Assembly: GCF_964355755.1 (NCBI RefSeq) | Contig: NC_092675.1 | Span: forward strand, 8,799,812 to 8,863,811 | Reading direction: 5' to 3' | Source of the DNA: Antedon mediterranea | Lineage: Eukaryota; Animalia; Echinodermata | Length of the DNA stretch: 64,000 nt | Program-made: the position numbers and the translations under genes | Shown: positions 21,401 through 34,600 of the stretch, piece after piece | How positions within the stretch are numbered: position 1 is the stretch's first letter | Layout of the letters: the number at the start of each line of letters is the position of its first letter | The notes under the pieces: model-generated | What the model was told of the DNA's origin: nothing | The model's input: the letters and a program-made list of their open reading frames with translations, nothing else | Databases searched by the model: none

Positions 21401-24400
21401 AGGCTAGGCAACCTGGTACGGTTGCAGACATTCGGTTACTTGCGGTTCAAGATTATAACTTAGAAAGATCTTATAGTTACTTTCATGAAAATATAATTGA
21501 AAGGTAAAATAAACTTTATTTAGTATAATTTAAAAAAGTTAAACATAGGTCTACGACACCAGGTATTTCCAGGCGGTCTCCCATCCAAGTACTAACCAGG
21601 CCCGACGTTGTTTAACTGCGGTGTTCGGACGAGAACCGGTGTTTTCAACGTGGTATGGTTGTAGACGTTCGGTTACTTGCGGTTCAAGATTATAACTTAG
21701 AAAGATCTTATAGTTACTGTCATAAAAACATAATTGAAAGGTAAAATAAACATTGTTTAGTATAATTTAAAAAGTTAAACATAGGTCTACGACACCAGGT
21801 ATTCCCAGGCGGTCTCCCATCCAAGTACTAACCAGGCCCGACGTTGTTTAACTGCGGTGTTCGGACGAGAACCGGTGTTTTCAACGTGGTATGGTTGTAG
21901 ACGTTCGTTTACTTGCGGTTCAAGATTATAACTGAGAAAGATCTTATAGTTACTGTCATAAAAACATAATTGAAAGGTAAAATAAACTTTGTTTACTATA
22001 ATTTAAAAAAGTTAAACATAGGTCTACGACTCCAGGTATTCCCAGGCGGTCTCCCATCCAAGTACTAACCAGGCCCGACGTTGTTTAACTGCGGTGTTCG
22101 GAAGAGAACCGGTGTTTTCAACGTGGTATGGTTGTAGACGTTCTGTTACTTGCGGTTCAAGATTATAACTTAGAAAGATCTTATAGTTACTGTCATAAAA
22201 ACATAATTGAAAGGTAAAATAAACTTTGTTTAGTATAATTTAAAAAAGTTAAACATAGGTCTACGACTCCAGGTATTCCCAGGCGGTCTCCCATCCAAGT
22301 ACTAACCAGGCCAGACGTTGTTTAACTGCGGTGTTCGGAGGAGAACCGGTGTTTTCAACGTGGTATGGTTGTAGACGTTCGGTTACTTGCGGTTCAAGAT
22401 TATAACTTAGAAAGATCTTATAGTTACTGTCATAAAAACATAATTGAAAGGTAAAATAAACTTTGTTTAGTATAATTTAAAAAAGTTAAACATAGGTCTA
22501 CGACACCACGTATTCCCTGGTGTTCTCCCATCCAAGTACTAACGAGGCCCGACGTTGTTTAACTGCGGTGTTCGGACGAGAACCGGTGTTTTCAACGTGG
22601 TATGGTTGTAGACATTCGGTTACTTGCGGTTCAAGTTTATAACTGAGAAAGATCTTATAGTTACTGTCAAAAAACATAATTGAAAGGTAAAATAAACATT
22701 TTTTAGTATAATTTAAAAAAGTTAAACATAGGTCTACGACACCAGGTATTCCCAGGCGGTCTCCCATCCAAGTACTAACCAGGCCCGACGTTGTTTAACT
22801 GCGGTGTTCGGAGGAGAACCGGTGTTTTCAACGTGGTATGGTTGTAGACGTTCGGTTACTTGCGGTTCAAGATTATAACTTAGAAAGATCTTATAGTTAC
22901 TGTCATAAAAATATAATTGAAAGGTAAAATAAACTTTATTTAGTATAATTTAAAAAAGTTAAACATAGGTCTACGACACCAGGTATTCCCAGGCGGTCTC
23001 CCATCCAAGTACTAACCAGGCCCGACGTTGTTTAACTGCGGTGTTCGGACGAGAACCGGTGTTTTCAACCTGGTACGGTTGTAGACATTCGGTAACTTGC
23101 GGTTCAAGGTTATAACTTTGAAAGATCTTATAGTTACTGTCATAAAAACATAATTGAAAGGTAAAATAAACATTGTTTAGTATAATTTAAAAAAGTTAAA
23201 CATAGGTCTACGACACCAGGTATTCCCAAGCGGTCTCCCATCCAAGTACTAACCAGGCCCAACGTTGTTTAACTGCGGTGTTCGGACGAGAACCGGTGTT
23301 TTCAACGTGGTATGGTTGTAGACATTCGGTTACTTGCGGTTCAAGATTATAACTGAGAAAGATCTTATAGTTACTGTCAAAAAACATAATTGAAAGGTAA
23401 AATAAACATTGTTTAGTATAATTTAAAAAAGTTAAACATAGGTCTACGACACCAGGTATTCCCAGGCGGTCTCCCATCCAAGTACTAACCAGGCCCGACG
23501 TTGTTTAACTGCGGTGTTCGGACGAGAACCGGTGTTTTCAACGTGGTATGGTTGTAGACGTTCGGTTACTTGTGGTTCAAGATTATAACTTAGAAAGATC
23601 TTATAGTTACTGTCATAAAAACATAATTGAAAGGTAAAATAAACTTTGTTTAGTATAATTTAAAAAAGTTAAACATAGGTCTACGACACCAGGTATTCCC
23701 AGGCGGTCTCCCATCCAAGTACTAACGAGGCCCGACGTTGTTTAACTGCGGTGTTCGGACGAGAACCGGTGTTTTCAACGTGGTATGGTTGTAGACGTTC
23801 GGTTACTTGCGGTTCAAGATTATAACTTAGAAAGATCTTATAGTTACTGTCATAAAAACATAATTGAAAGGTAAAATAAACTTTGTTTAGTATAATTTAA
23901 AAAAGTTAAACATAGGTCTACGACACCAGGTATTCCCAGGCGGTCTCCCATCCAAGTACTAACGAGGCCCGACGTTTTTTAACTGCGGTGTTCGGACGAG
24001 AACCGGTGTTTTCAACATGGTATGGTTGTAGACGTTCGGTTACTTGCGGTTCAAGATTATAACTTAGAAAGATCTTATAGTTACTGTCATAAAAACATAA
24101 TTGAAAGGTAAAATAAACTTTGTTTAGTATAATTTAAAAAAGTTAAACATAGGTCTACGACACCACGTATTCCCTGGTGTTCTCCCATCCAAGTACTAAC
24201 GAGGCCCGACGTTGTTTAACTGCGGTGTTCGGACGAGAACCGGTGTTTTCAACGTGGTATGGTTGTAGACATTCGGTTACTTGCGGTTCAAGATTATAAC
24301 TTAGAAAGATCTTATAGTTACTGTCATAAAAACATAATTGAAAGGTAAAATAAACTTTGTTTAGTATAATTTAAAAAAGTTAAACATAGGTCTACGACAC

Positions 24401-27400
24401 CAGGTATTCCCAGGCGGTCTCCCATCCAAGTACTAACCAGGCCCGACGTTGTTTAACTGCGGTGTTCGGACGAGAACCGGTGTTTTCAACGTGGTATGGT
24501 TGTAGACGTTCGGTTACTTGCGGTTCAAGTATATATACATCTTATATTCACTGTCAAAATCTCTATAAACATATATATCCTATAACCTAATAGTTTTGTT
24601 CATTTATTATAGAACATTTTCTAGGATTGAAATTAGCAGCTGCTGAAACCATGACGTTGGTATTTACACCCACTTCTGTTGAAGAAACACATACTTGAAA
24701 GGTAAATTCAACTTTGTTTAGTATAATTTAAAAAGTTATACTGAGGTTCTTAAAAAGATAATATAAAGGAAACAATAACACTGTACAAAGAAGCATAACA
24801 CAATAGCGGCATGTACAAAAGATTCAGGCCGCGTTGTTGCTAAGAATCAAACGCGCACACAAGTGGACGCCCGCGTAGTACAGTGACGTTTGTACCGTCA
24901 CCACAGCAGCAACATACAACAACAAACATGTCTTTGAACAACAACTTGTTTAACTTCAGTGATCGGACGAGAACCGTTGTTTTCAATGCAGTTTAGTTGA
25001 AAAACTTTCGATTAATTGCGGTTACAGTTTGAATTTATTTACTTATACTATCATCAACAGTATAAACACATTTTTGGAAAATAGAAACACTTAAACAAGA
25101 CTATATTTTAGGATTATTAAAAAGATAAAAACAGGTGTACGACAACAGATATTCACAGGCTAGGCAACCTGGTACGGTTGTAGACATTCGGTTACTTGCG
25201 GTTCAAGATTAGAACTTAGAAAGATCTTATAGTTACTGTCTTGAAAATATAATTGAAAGGTAAAATAAACTTTATTTAGTATAATTTAAAAAAGTTAAAC
25301 ATAGGTCTACGACACCAGGTATTCCCAGGCGGTCTCCCATCCAAGTACTAACCAGGCCCGACGTTGTTTAACTGCGGTGTTCGGACGAGAACCGGTGTTT
25401 TCAACGTAGTATGGTTGTAGACATTCGGTTACTTGCGGTTCAAGATTATAACTTAGAAAGATCTTATAGTTACTGTCATAAAAACATAATTGAAAGGTAA
25501 AATAAACATTGTTTAGTATAATTTAAAAAAGTTAAACATAGGTCTACGACACCAGGTATTCCCAGGCGGTCTCCCATCCAAGTACTAACCAGGCCCGACG
25601 TTGTTTAACTGCGGTGTTTGGACGAGAACCGGTGTTTTCAACGTGGTATGGTTGTAGACGTTCGGTTACTTGCGGTTCAAAGTATATATAAATCTTATAT
25701 TCACTGTCAAAATCTCTATAAACACATATATCCTATAACCTAATACTTTTGTTCATTTATTATAGAACATTTTCTAGGATTGAAATTAGCAGCTGCTGAA
25801 ACCATGACGTTGATATTTACACCCACTTCTGTTGAAGAAACACATACTTGAAAGGTAAATTCAACTTTGTTTAGTATAATTTAAAAAGTTATACTGAGGT
25901 TCTTAAAAAGATAATATAAAGGAAACAATAACACTGTACAATGAAGCATAACACATTAGCGGTATGTACAAAAGATTCAGGCCGCTTTGTTGCTAAGAAT
26001 CAAACGCGCACAAAAGTGGACGCCCGCGTAGTACAGTGACGTTTGTACCGTCATCACAGCAGCAACATACAACAACAAACATGTCTTTGAACAACAACTT
26101 GTTTAACTTCAGTGATCGGACGAGAACCGTTGTTTTCAATGCAGTTTAGTTGAAAAACTTTCGATTAATTGCGGTTACAGTTTGAATTTATTTACTTATA
26201 CTATCATCAACAGTATAAACACATTTTTGGAAAATCGAAACACTTAAAGGAGACTATATTTTAGGATTATTAAAAGATAAAAACAGGTGTACGACAACAG
26301 ATATTCATAAGGTTAGGCAACCTGGTACGGTTGCAGACATTCGGTTACTTGCGGTTCAAGATTATAACTTAGAAAGATCTTATAGTTACTTTCATGAAAA
26401 TATAATTGAAAGGTAAAATAAACTTTATTTAGTATAATTTAAAAAAGTTAAACATAGGTCTACGACACCAGGTATTCCCAGGCGGTCTCCCATCCAAGTA
26501 CTAACCAGGCCCGACGTTGTTTAACTGCGGTGTTCGGACGAGAACCGGTGTTTTCAACGTGGTATGGTTGTAGACGTTCGGTTACTTGCGGTTCAAGATT
26601 ATAACTTAGAAAGATCTTATAGTTACTGTCATAAAAACATAATTGAAAGGTAAAATAAACATTGTTTAGTATAATTTAAAAAAGTTAAACATAGGTCTAC
26701 GACACCAGGTATTCCCAGGCGGTCTCCCATCCAAGTACTAACCAGGCCCGACGTTGTTTAACTGCGGTGTTCGGACGAGAACCGGTGTTTTCAACGTGGT
26801 ATGGTTGTAGACGTTCGTTTACTTGCGGTTCAAGATTATAACTGAGAAAGATCTTATAGTTACTGTCATAAAAACATAATTGAAAGGTAAAATAAACTTT
26901 GTTTACTATAATTTAAAAAAGTTAAACATAGGTCTACGACTCCAGGTATTCCCAGGCGGTCTCCCATCCAAGTACTAACCAGGCCCGACGTTGTTTAACT
27001 GCGGTGTTCGGAGGAGAACCGGTGTTTTCAACGTGGTATGGTTGTAGACGTTCTGTTACTTGCGGTTCAAGATTATAACTTAGAAAGATCTTATAGTTAC
27101 TGTCATAAAAACATAATTGAAAGGTAAAATAAACTTTGTTTAGTATAATTTAAAAAAGTTAAACATAGGTCTACGACTCCAGGTATTCCCAGGCGGTCTC
27201 CCATCCAAGTACTAACCAGGCCAGACGTTGTTTAACTGCGGTGTTCGGAGGAGAACCGGTGTTTTCAACGTGGTATGGTTGTAGACGTTCGGTTACTTGC
27301 GGTTCAAGATTATAACTTAGAAAGATCTTATAGTTACTGTCATAAAAACATAATTGAAAGGTAAAATAAACTTTGTTTAGTATAATTTAAAAAAGTTAAA

Positions 27401-28664
27401 CATAGGTCTACGACACCACGTATTCCCTGGTGTTCTCCCATCCAAGTACTAACGAGGCCCGACGTTGTTTAACTGCGGTGTTCGGACGAGAACCGGTGTT
27501 TTCAACGTGGTATGGTTGTAGACATTCGGTTACTTGCGGTTCAAGTTTATAACTGAGAAAGATCTTATAGTTACTGTCAAAAAACATAATTGAAAGGTAA
27601 AATAAACATTTTTTAGTATAATTTAAAAAAGTTAAACATAGGTCTACGACACCAGGTATTCCCAGGCGGTCTCCCATCCAAGTACTAACCAGGCCCGACG
27701 TTGTTTAACTGCGGTGTTCGGAGGAGAACCGGTGTTTTCAACCTGGTACGGTTGTAGACATTCGGTAACTTGCGGTTCAAGGTTATAACTTTGAAAGATC
27801 TTATAGTTACTGTCATAAAAACATAATTGAAAGGTAAAATAAACTTTGTTTAGTATAATTTAAAAAAGTTAAACATAGGTCTACGACACCAGGTATTCTC
27901 AGGCGGTCTCCCATCCAAGTACTAACGAGGCCCGACGTTTTTTAACTGCGGTGTTCGGACGAGAACCGGTGTTTTCAACATGGTATGGTTGTAGACGTTC
28001 GGTTACTTGCGGTTCAAGATTATAACTTAGAAAGATCTTATAGTTACTGTCATAAAAACATAATTGAAAGGTAAAATAAACTTTGTTTAGTATAATTTAA
28101 AAAAGTTAAACATAGGTCTACGACACCACGTATTCCCTGGTGTTCTCCCATCCAAGTACTAACGAGGCCCGACGTTGTTTAACTGCGGTGTTCGGACGAG
28201 AACCGGTGTTTTCAACGTGGTATGGTTGTAGACATTCGGTTACTTGCGGTTCAAGATTATAACTTAGAAAGATCTTATAGTTACTGTCATAAAAACATAA
28301 TTGAAAGGTAAAATAAACTTTGTTTAGTATAATTTAAAAAAGTTAAACATAGGTCTACGACACCACGTATTCCCTGGTGTTCTCCCATCCAAGTACTAAC
28401 GAGGCCCGACGTTGTTTAACTGCGGTGTTCGGACGAGAACCGGTGTTTTCAACGTGGTATGGTTGTAGACATTCGGTTACTTGGGGTTCAAGATTATAAC
28501 TGAGAAAGATCTTATAGTTACTGTCAAAAAACATAATTGAAAGGTAAAATAAACATTTTTTAGTATAATTTAAAAAAGTTAAACATAGGTCTACGACACC
28601 AGGTATTCCCAGGCGGTCTCCCATCCAAGTACTAACCAGGCCCGACGTTGTTTAACTGCAGTGT
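18401..28664 (-). rRNA. 5S rRNA: Block 2: inverted ~10.3 kb segment of tandem 5S copies with four long modules
   Basis: Units read as the reverse complement (AGGTCTACGACACCAGG...GGTTGTAGAC); the ORF track also flips to - between 19013 and 28624. Confidence 0.93.
18535..18654 (-). rRNA. 5S rRNA: First complete minus-strand 5S copy of the inverted block
   Basis: Exact reverse complement of the 120-nt majority sequence. Confidence 0.9.
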
Positions 28665-28680
28665 CTACCGAATGTCTACA
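28655..28680. other. Right (head-to-head) inversion junction
   Basis: Minus-strand gene truncated near nt 43 (AACTGCAGTGT), a 2-nt filler CT, then ACCGAAT|GTCTAC of a plus-strand gene that keeps only 7 nt of upstream sequence. Confidence 0.9.
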
Positions 28681-31600
28681 ACCATACCACGTTGAAAACA
28701 CCGGTTCTCGTCCGAACACCGCAGTTAAACAACGTCGGGCCTCGTTAGTACTTGGATGGGAGAACACCAGGGAATACCTGGTGTCGTAGACCTATGTTTA
28801 ACTTTTTTAAATTATACTAAACAATGTTTATTTTACCTTTCAATTATGTTTTTTGACAGTAACTATAAGATCTTTCTAAGTTATAATCTTGAACCGCAAG
28901 TAACAGAACGTCTACAACCATACCACGTTGAAAACACCGGTTCTCCTCCGAACACCGCAGTTAAACAACGTCGGGCTTGGTTAGTACTTGGATGGGAGAC
29001 CGCCTGGGAATACCTGGAGTCGTAGACCTATGTTTAACTTTTTTAAATTATACTAAACAAAGTTTATTTTACCTTTCAATTATGTTTTTATGACAGTAAC
29101 TATAAGATCTTTCTCAGTTATAATCTTGAACCGCAAGTAAACGAACGTCTACAACCATACCACGTTGAAAACACCGGTTCTCGTCCGAACACCGCAGTTA
29201 AACAACGTCGGGCCTGGTTAGTACTTGGATGGGAGACCGCCTGGGAATACCTGGTGTAGTAGACCTATGTTTAACTTTTTTAAATTATACTAAAATATGT
29301 TTATTTTACCTTTCAATTATGTTTTTATGACAGTAACTATAAGATCTTTCTAAGTTATAATCTTGAACCGCAAGTAACCGAACGTCTACAACCATACCAC
29401 GTTGAAAACACCGGTTCTCGTCCGAACACCGCAGTTAAACAACGTCGGGCCTGGTTAGTACTTGGATGGGAGACCGCCTGGGAATACCTGGTGTCGTAGA
29501 CCTATGTTTAACTTTTTTAAATTATACTAAATAAAGTTTATTTTACCTTTCAATTATATTTTCATGACAGTAACTATAAGATCTTTCTAAGTTATAATCT
29601 TGAACCGCAAGTAACCGAATGTCTACAACCGTACCAGGTTGCCTAGCCTGTGAATATCTGTTGTCGTACACCTGTTTTTATCTTTTTAATAATCCTAAAA
29701 TATAGTCTCCTTTAAGTGTTTCGATTTTCCAAAAATGTGTTTATACTGTTGATGATAGTATAAGTAAATAAATTCAAACTGTAACCGCAATTAATCGAAA
29801 GTTTTTCAACTAAACTGCATTGAAAACAACGGTTCTCGTCCGATCACTGAAGTTAAACAAGTTGTTGTTCAACGACATGTTTGTTGTTGTATGTTGCTGC
29901 TGTGGTGACGGTACAAACGTCACTGTACTACGCGGGCGTCCACTTGTGTGCGCGTTTGATTCTTAGCAACAAAGCGGCCTGAATCTTTTGTACATGCCGC
30001 TAATGTGTTATGCTTCATTGTACAGTGTTATTGTTTCCTTTATATTATCTTTTTAAGAACCTCAGTATAACTTTTTAAATTATACTAAACAAAGTTGAAT
30101 TTACCTTTCAAGTATGTGTTTCTTCAACAGAAGTGGGTGTAAATATCAACGTCATGGTTTCAGCAGCTGCTAATTTCAATCCTAGAAAATGTTCTATAAT
30201 AAATGAACAAAAGTATTAGGTTATAGGATATATGTGTTTATAGAGATTTTGACAGTGAATATAAGATTTATATATACTTTGAACCGCAAGTAACCGAACG
30301 TCTACAACCATACCACGTTGAAAACACCGGTTCTCGTCCAAACACCGCAGTTAAACAACGTCGGACCTGGTTAGTACTTGGATGGGAGACCGCCTGGGAA
30401 TACCTGGTGTCGTAGACCTATGTTTAACTTTTTTAAATTATACTAAACAATGTTTATTTTACCTTTCAATTATGTTTTTATGACAGTAACTATAAGATCT
30501 TTCTAAGTTATAATCTTGAACCGCAAGTAACAGAATGTCTACAACCATACCACGTTGAAAACACCGGTTCTCGTCCGAACACCGCAGTTAAACAACGTCG
30601 GGCCTGGTTAGTACTTGGATGGGAGACCGCCTGGGAATACCTGGTGTCGTAGACCTATGTTTAACTTTTTTAAATTATACTAAATAAAGTTTATTTTACC
30701 TTTCAATTATATTTTCAAGACAGTAACTATAAGATCTTTCTAAGTTCTAATCTTGAACCGCAAGTAACCGAATGTCTACAACCGTACCAGGTTGCCTAGC
30801 CTGTGAATATCTGTTGTCGTACACCTGTTTTTATCTTTTTAATAATCCTAAAATATAGTCTCCTTTAAGTGTTTCGATTTTCCAAAAATGTGTTTATACT
30901 GTTGATGATAGTATAAGTAAATAAATTCAAACTTTAACCGCAATTAATCGAAAGTTTTTCAACTAAACTGCATTGAAAACAACGGTTCTCGTCCGATCAC
31001 TGAAGTTAAACAAGTTGTTGTTCAAAGACATGTTTGTTGTTGTATGTTGCTGCTGTGGTGACGGTACAAACGTCACTGTACTACGCGGGCGTCCACTTGT
31101 GTGCGCGTTTGATTATTAGCAACAAAGCGGCCTGAATCTTTTGTACATGCCGCTAATGTGTTATGCTTCATTGTACAGTGTTATTGTTTCCTTTATATTA
31201 TCTTTTTAAGAACCTCAGTATAACTTTTTAAATTATACTAAACAAAGTTGAATTTACCTTTCAAGTATGTGTTTCTTCAATAGAAGTGGGTGTAAATACC
31301 AACGTCATGGTTTCACCAGCTGCTAATTTCAATCCTAGAAAATGTTCTATAATAAATGAACAAAACTATTAGGTTATAGGATATATATGTTTATAGAGAT
31401 TTTGACAGTGAATATAAGATGTATATATACTTGAACCGCAAGTAACCGAACGTCTACAACCATACCACGTTGAAAACACCGGTTCTCGTCCGAACACCGC
31501 AGTTAAACAACGTCGGGCCTGGTTAGTACTTGGATGGAAGACCGCCTGGGAATACCTGGTGTCGTAGACCTATGTTTAACTTTTTTAAATTATACTAAAC

Positions 31601-34600
31601 AATGTTTATTTTACCTTTCAATTATGTTTTTTGACAGTAACTATAAGATCTTTTTCAGTTATAATCTTGAACCGCAAGTAACCGAATGTCTACAACCATA
31701 CCACGTTGAAAACACCGGTTCTCGTCCGAACACCGCAGTTAAACAACGTCGGGCCTCGTTAGTACTTGGATGGGAGAACACCAGGGAATACCTGGTGTCG
31801 TAGACCTATGTTTAACTTTTTTAAATTATACTAAACAAAGTTTACTTTACCTTTCAATTATGTTTTTATGACAGTAACTATAAGATCTTTCTCAGTTATA
31901 ATCTTGAACCGCAAGTAAACGAACGTCAACAACCATACCACGTTGAAAACACCGGTTCTCCTCCGAACACCGCAGTTAAACAACGTCGGGCCTGGTTAGT
32001 ACTTGGATGGGAGACCGCCTGGGAATACCTGGTGTCGTAGACCTATGTTTAACTTTTTTTAAATTATACTAAATAAAGTTTATTTTACCTTTCAATTATA
32101 TTTTCATGACAGTAACTATAAGATCTTTCTAAGTTATAATCTTGAACCGCAAGTAACCGAATGTCTACAACCGTACCAGGTTGCCTAGCCTGTGAATATC
32201 TGTTGTCGTACACCTGTTTTTATCTTTTTAATAATCCTAAAATATAGTCTCGTTTAAGTGTTTCGATTTTCCAAAAATGTGTTTATACTGTTGATGATAG
32301 TATAAGTAAATAAATTCAAACTGTAACCGCAATTAATCGAAAGTTTTTCAACTAAACTGCATTGAAAACAACGGTTCTCGTCCGATCACTGAAGTTAAAC
32401 AAGTTGTTGTTCAAAGACATGTTTGTTGTTGTATGTTGCTGCTGTGGTGACGGTACAAACGTCACTGTACTACGCGGGCGTCCACTTGTGTGCGCGTTTG
32501 ATTCTTAGCAACAAAGCGGCCTGAATCTTTTGTACATGCCGCTAATGTGTTATGCTTCATTGTACAGTGTTATTGTTTCCTTTATATTATCTTTTTAAGA
32601 ACCTCAGTATAACTTTTTAAATTATACTAAACAAAGTTGAATTTACCTTTCAAGTATGTGTTTCTTCAACAGAAGTGGGTGTAAATACCAACGTCATGGT
32701 TTCAGCAGCTGCTAATTTCAATCCTAGAAAATGTTCTATAATAAATGAACAAAACTATTAGGTTATAGGATATATATGTTTATAGAGATTTTGACAGTGA
32801 ATATAAGATGTATATATACTTGAACCGCAAGTAACCGAACGTCTACAACCATACCACGTTGAAAACACCGGTTCTCGTCCGAACACCGCAGTTAAACAAC
32901 GTCGGGCCTGGTTAGTACTTGGATAAGAGACCACCTGGGAATACCTGGTGTCGTAGACCTATGTTTAACTTTTTTAAATTATACTAAACAATGTTTATTT
33001 TACCTTTCAATTATGTTTTTTGACAGTAACTATAAGATCTTTCTCAGTTATAATCTTGAACCGCAAGTAACCGAATGTCTACAACCATACCACGTTGAAA
33101 ACACCGGTTCTCGTCCGAACACCGCAGTTAAACAACGTCGGGCCTGGTTAGTACTTGGATGGAAGACCGCCTGGGAATACCTGGTGTCGTAGACCTATGT
33201 TTAACTTTTTTAAATTATACTAAATAAAGTTTATTTTACCTTTCAATTATATTTTCATGACAGTAACTATAAGATCTTTCTAAGTTATAATCTTGAACCG
33301 CAAGTAACCGAATGTCTACAACCGTACCAGGTTGCCTAGCCTGTGAATATCTGTTGTCGTACACCTGTTTTTATCTTTTTAATAATCCTAAAATATAGTC
33401 TCGTTTAAGTGTTTCTATTTTCCAAAAATGTGTTTATACTGTTGATGATAGTATAAGTAAATAAATTCAAACTGTAACCGCAATTAATCGAAAGTTTTTC
33501 AACTAAACTGCATTGAAAACAACGGTTCTCGTCCGATCACTGAAGTTAAACAAGTTGTTGTTCAAAGACATGTTTGTTGTTGTATGTTGCTGCTGTGGTG
33601 ACGGTACAAACGTCACTGTACTACGCGGGCGTCCACTTGTGTGCGCGTTTGATTCTTAGCAACAACGCGGCCTGAATCTTTTGTACATGCCGCTAATGTG
33701 TTATGCTTCTTTGTACAGTGTTATTGTTTCCTTTATATTATCTTTTTAAGAACCTCAGTATAACTTTTTAAATTATACTAAACAAAGTTGAATTTACCTT
33801 TCAAGTATGTGTTTCTTCAACAGAAGTGGGTGTAAATATCAACGTCATGGTTTCAGCAGCTGCTAATTTCAATCCTAGAAAATGTTCTATAATAAATGAA
33901 CAAAAGTATTAGGTTATAAGTAACCGAACGTCTACAACCATACCATGTTGAAAACACCGGTTCTCGTCCGAACACCGCAGTTAAACAACGTCGGGCCTCG
34001 TTAGTACTTGGATGGGAGACCGCCTGGGAATACCTGGTGTCGTAGACCTATGTTTAACTTTTTTAAATTATACTAAACAATGTTTATTTTACCTTTCAAT
34101 TATGTTTTTTGACAGTAACTATAAGATCTTTCTAAGTTATAATCTTGAACCGCAAGTAACCGAACGTCTACAACCATACCACGTTGAAAACACCGGTTCT
34201 CGTCCGAACACCGCAGTTAAACAACGTCGGGCCTGGTTAGTACTTGGATGGGAGACCGCCTGGGAATACCTGGTGTCGTAGACCTATGTTTAACTTTTTT
34301 AAATTATACTAAACAATGTTTATTTTACCTTTCAATTATGTTTTTTGACAGTAACTATAAGATCTTTCTCAGTTATAATCTTGAACCGCAAGTAACCGAA
34401 TGTCTACAACCGTACCAGGTTGCCTAGCCTGTGAATATCTGTTGTCGTACACCTGTTTTTATCTTTTTAATAATCCTAAAATATAGTCTCGTTTAAGTGT
34501 TTCTATTTTCCAAAAATGTGTTTATACTGTTGATGATAGTATAAGTAAATAAATTCAAACTGTAACCGCAATTAATCGAAAGTTTTTCAACTAAACTGCA

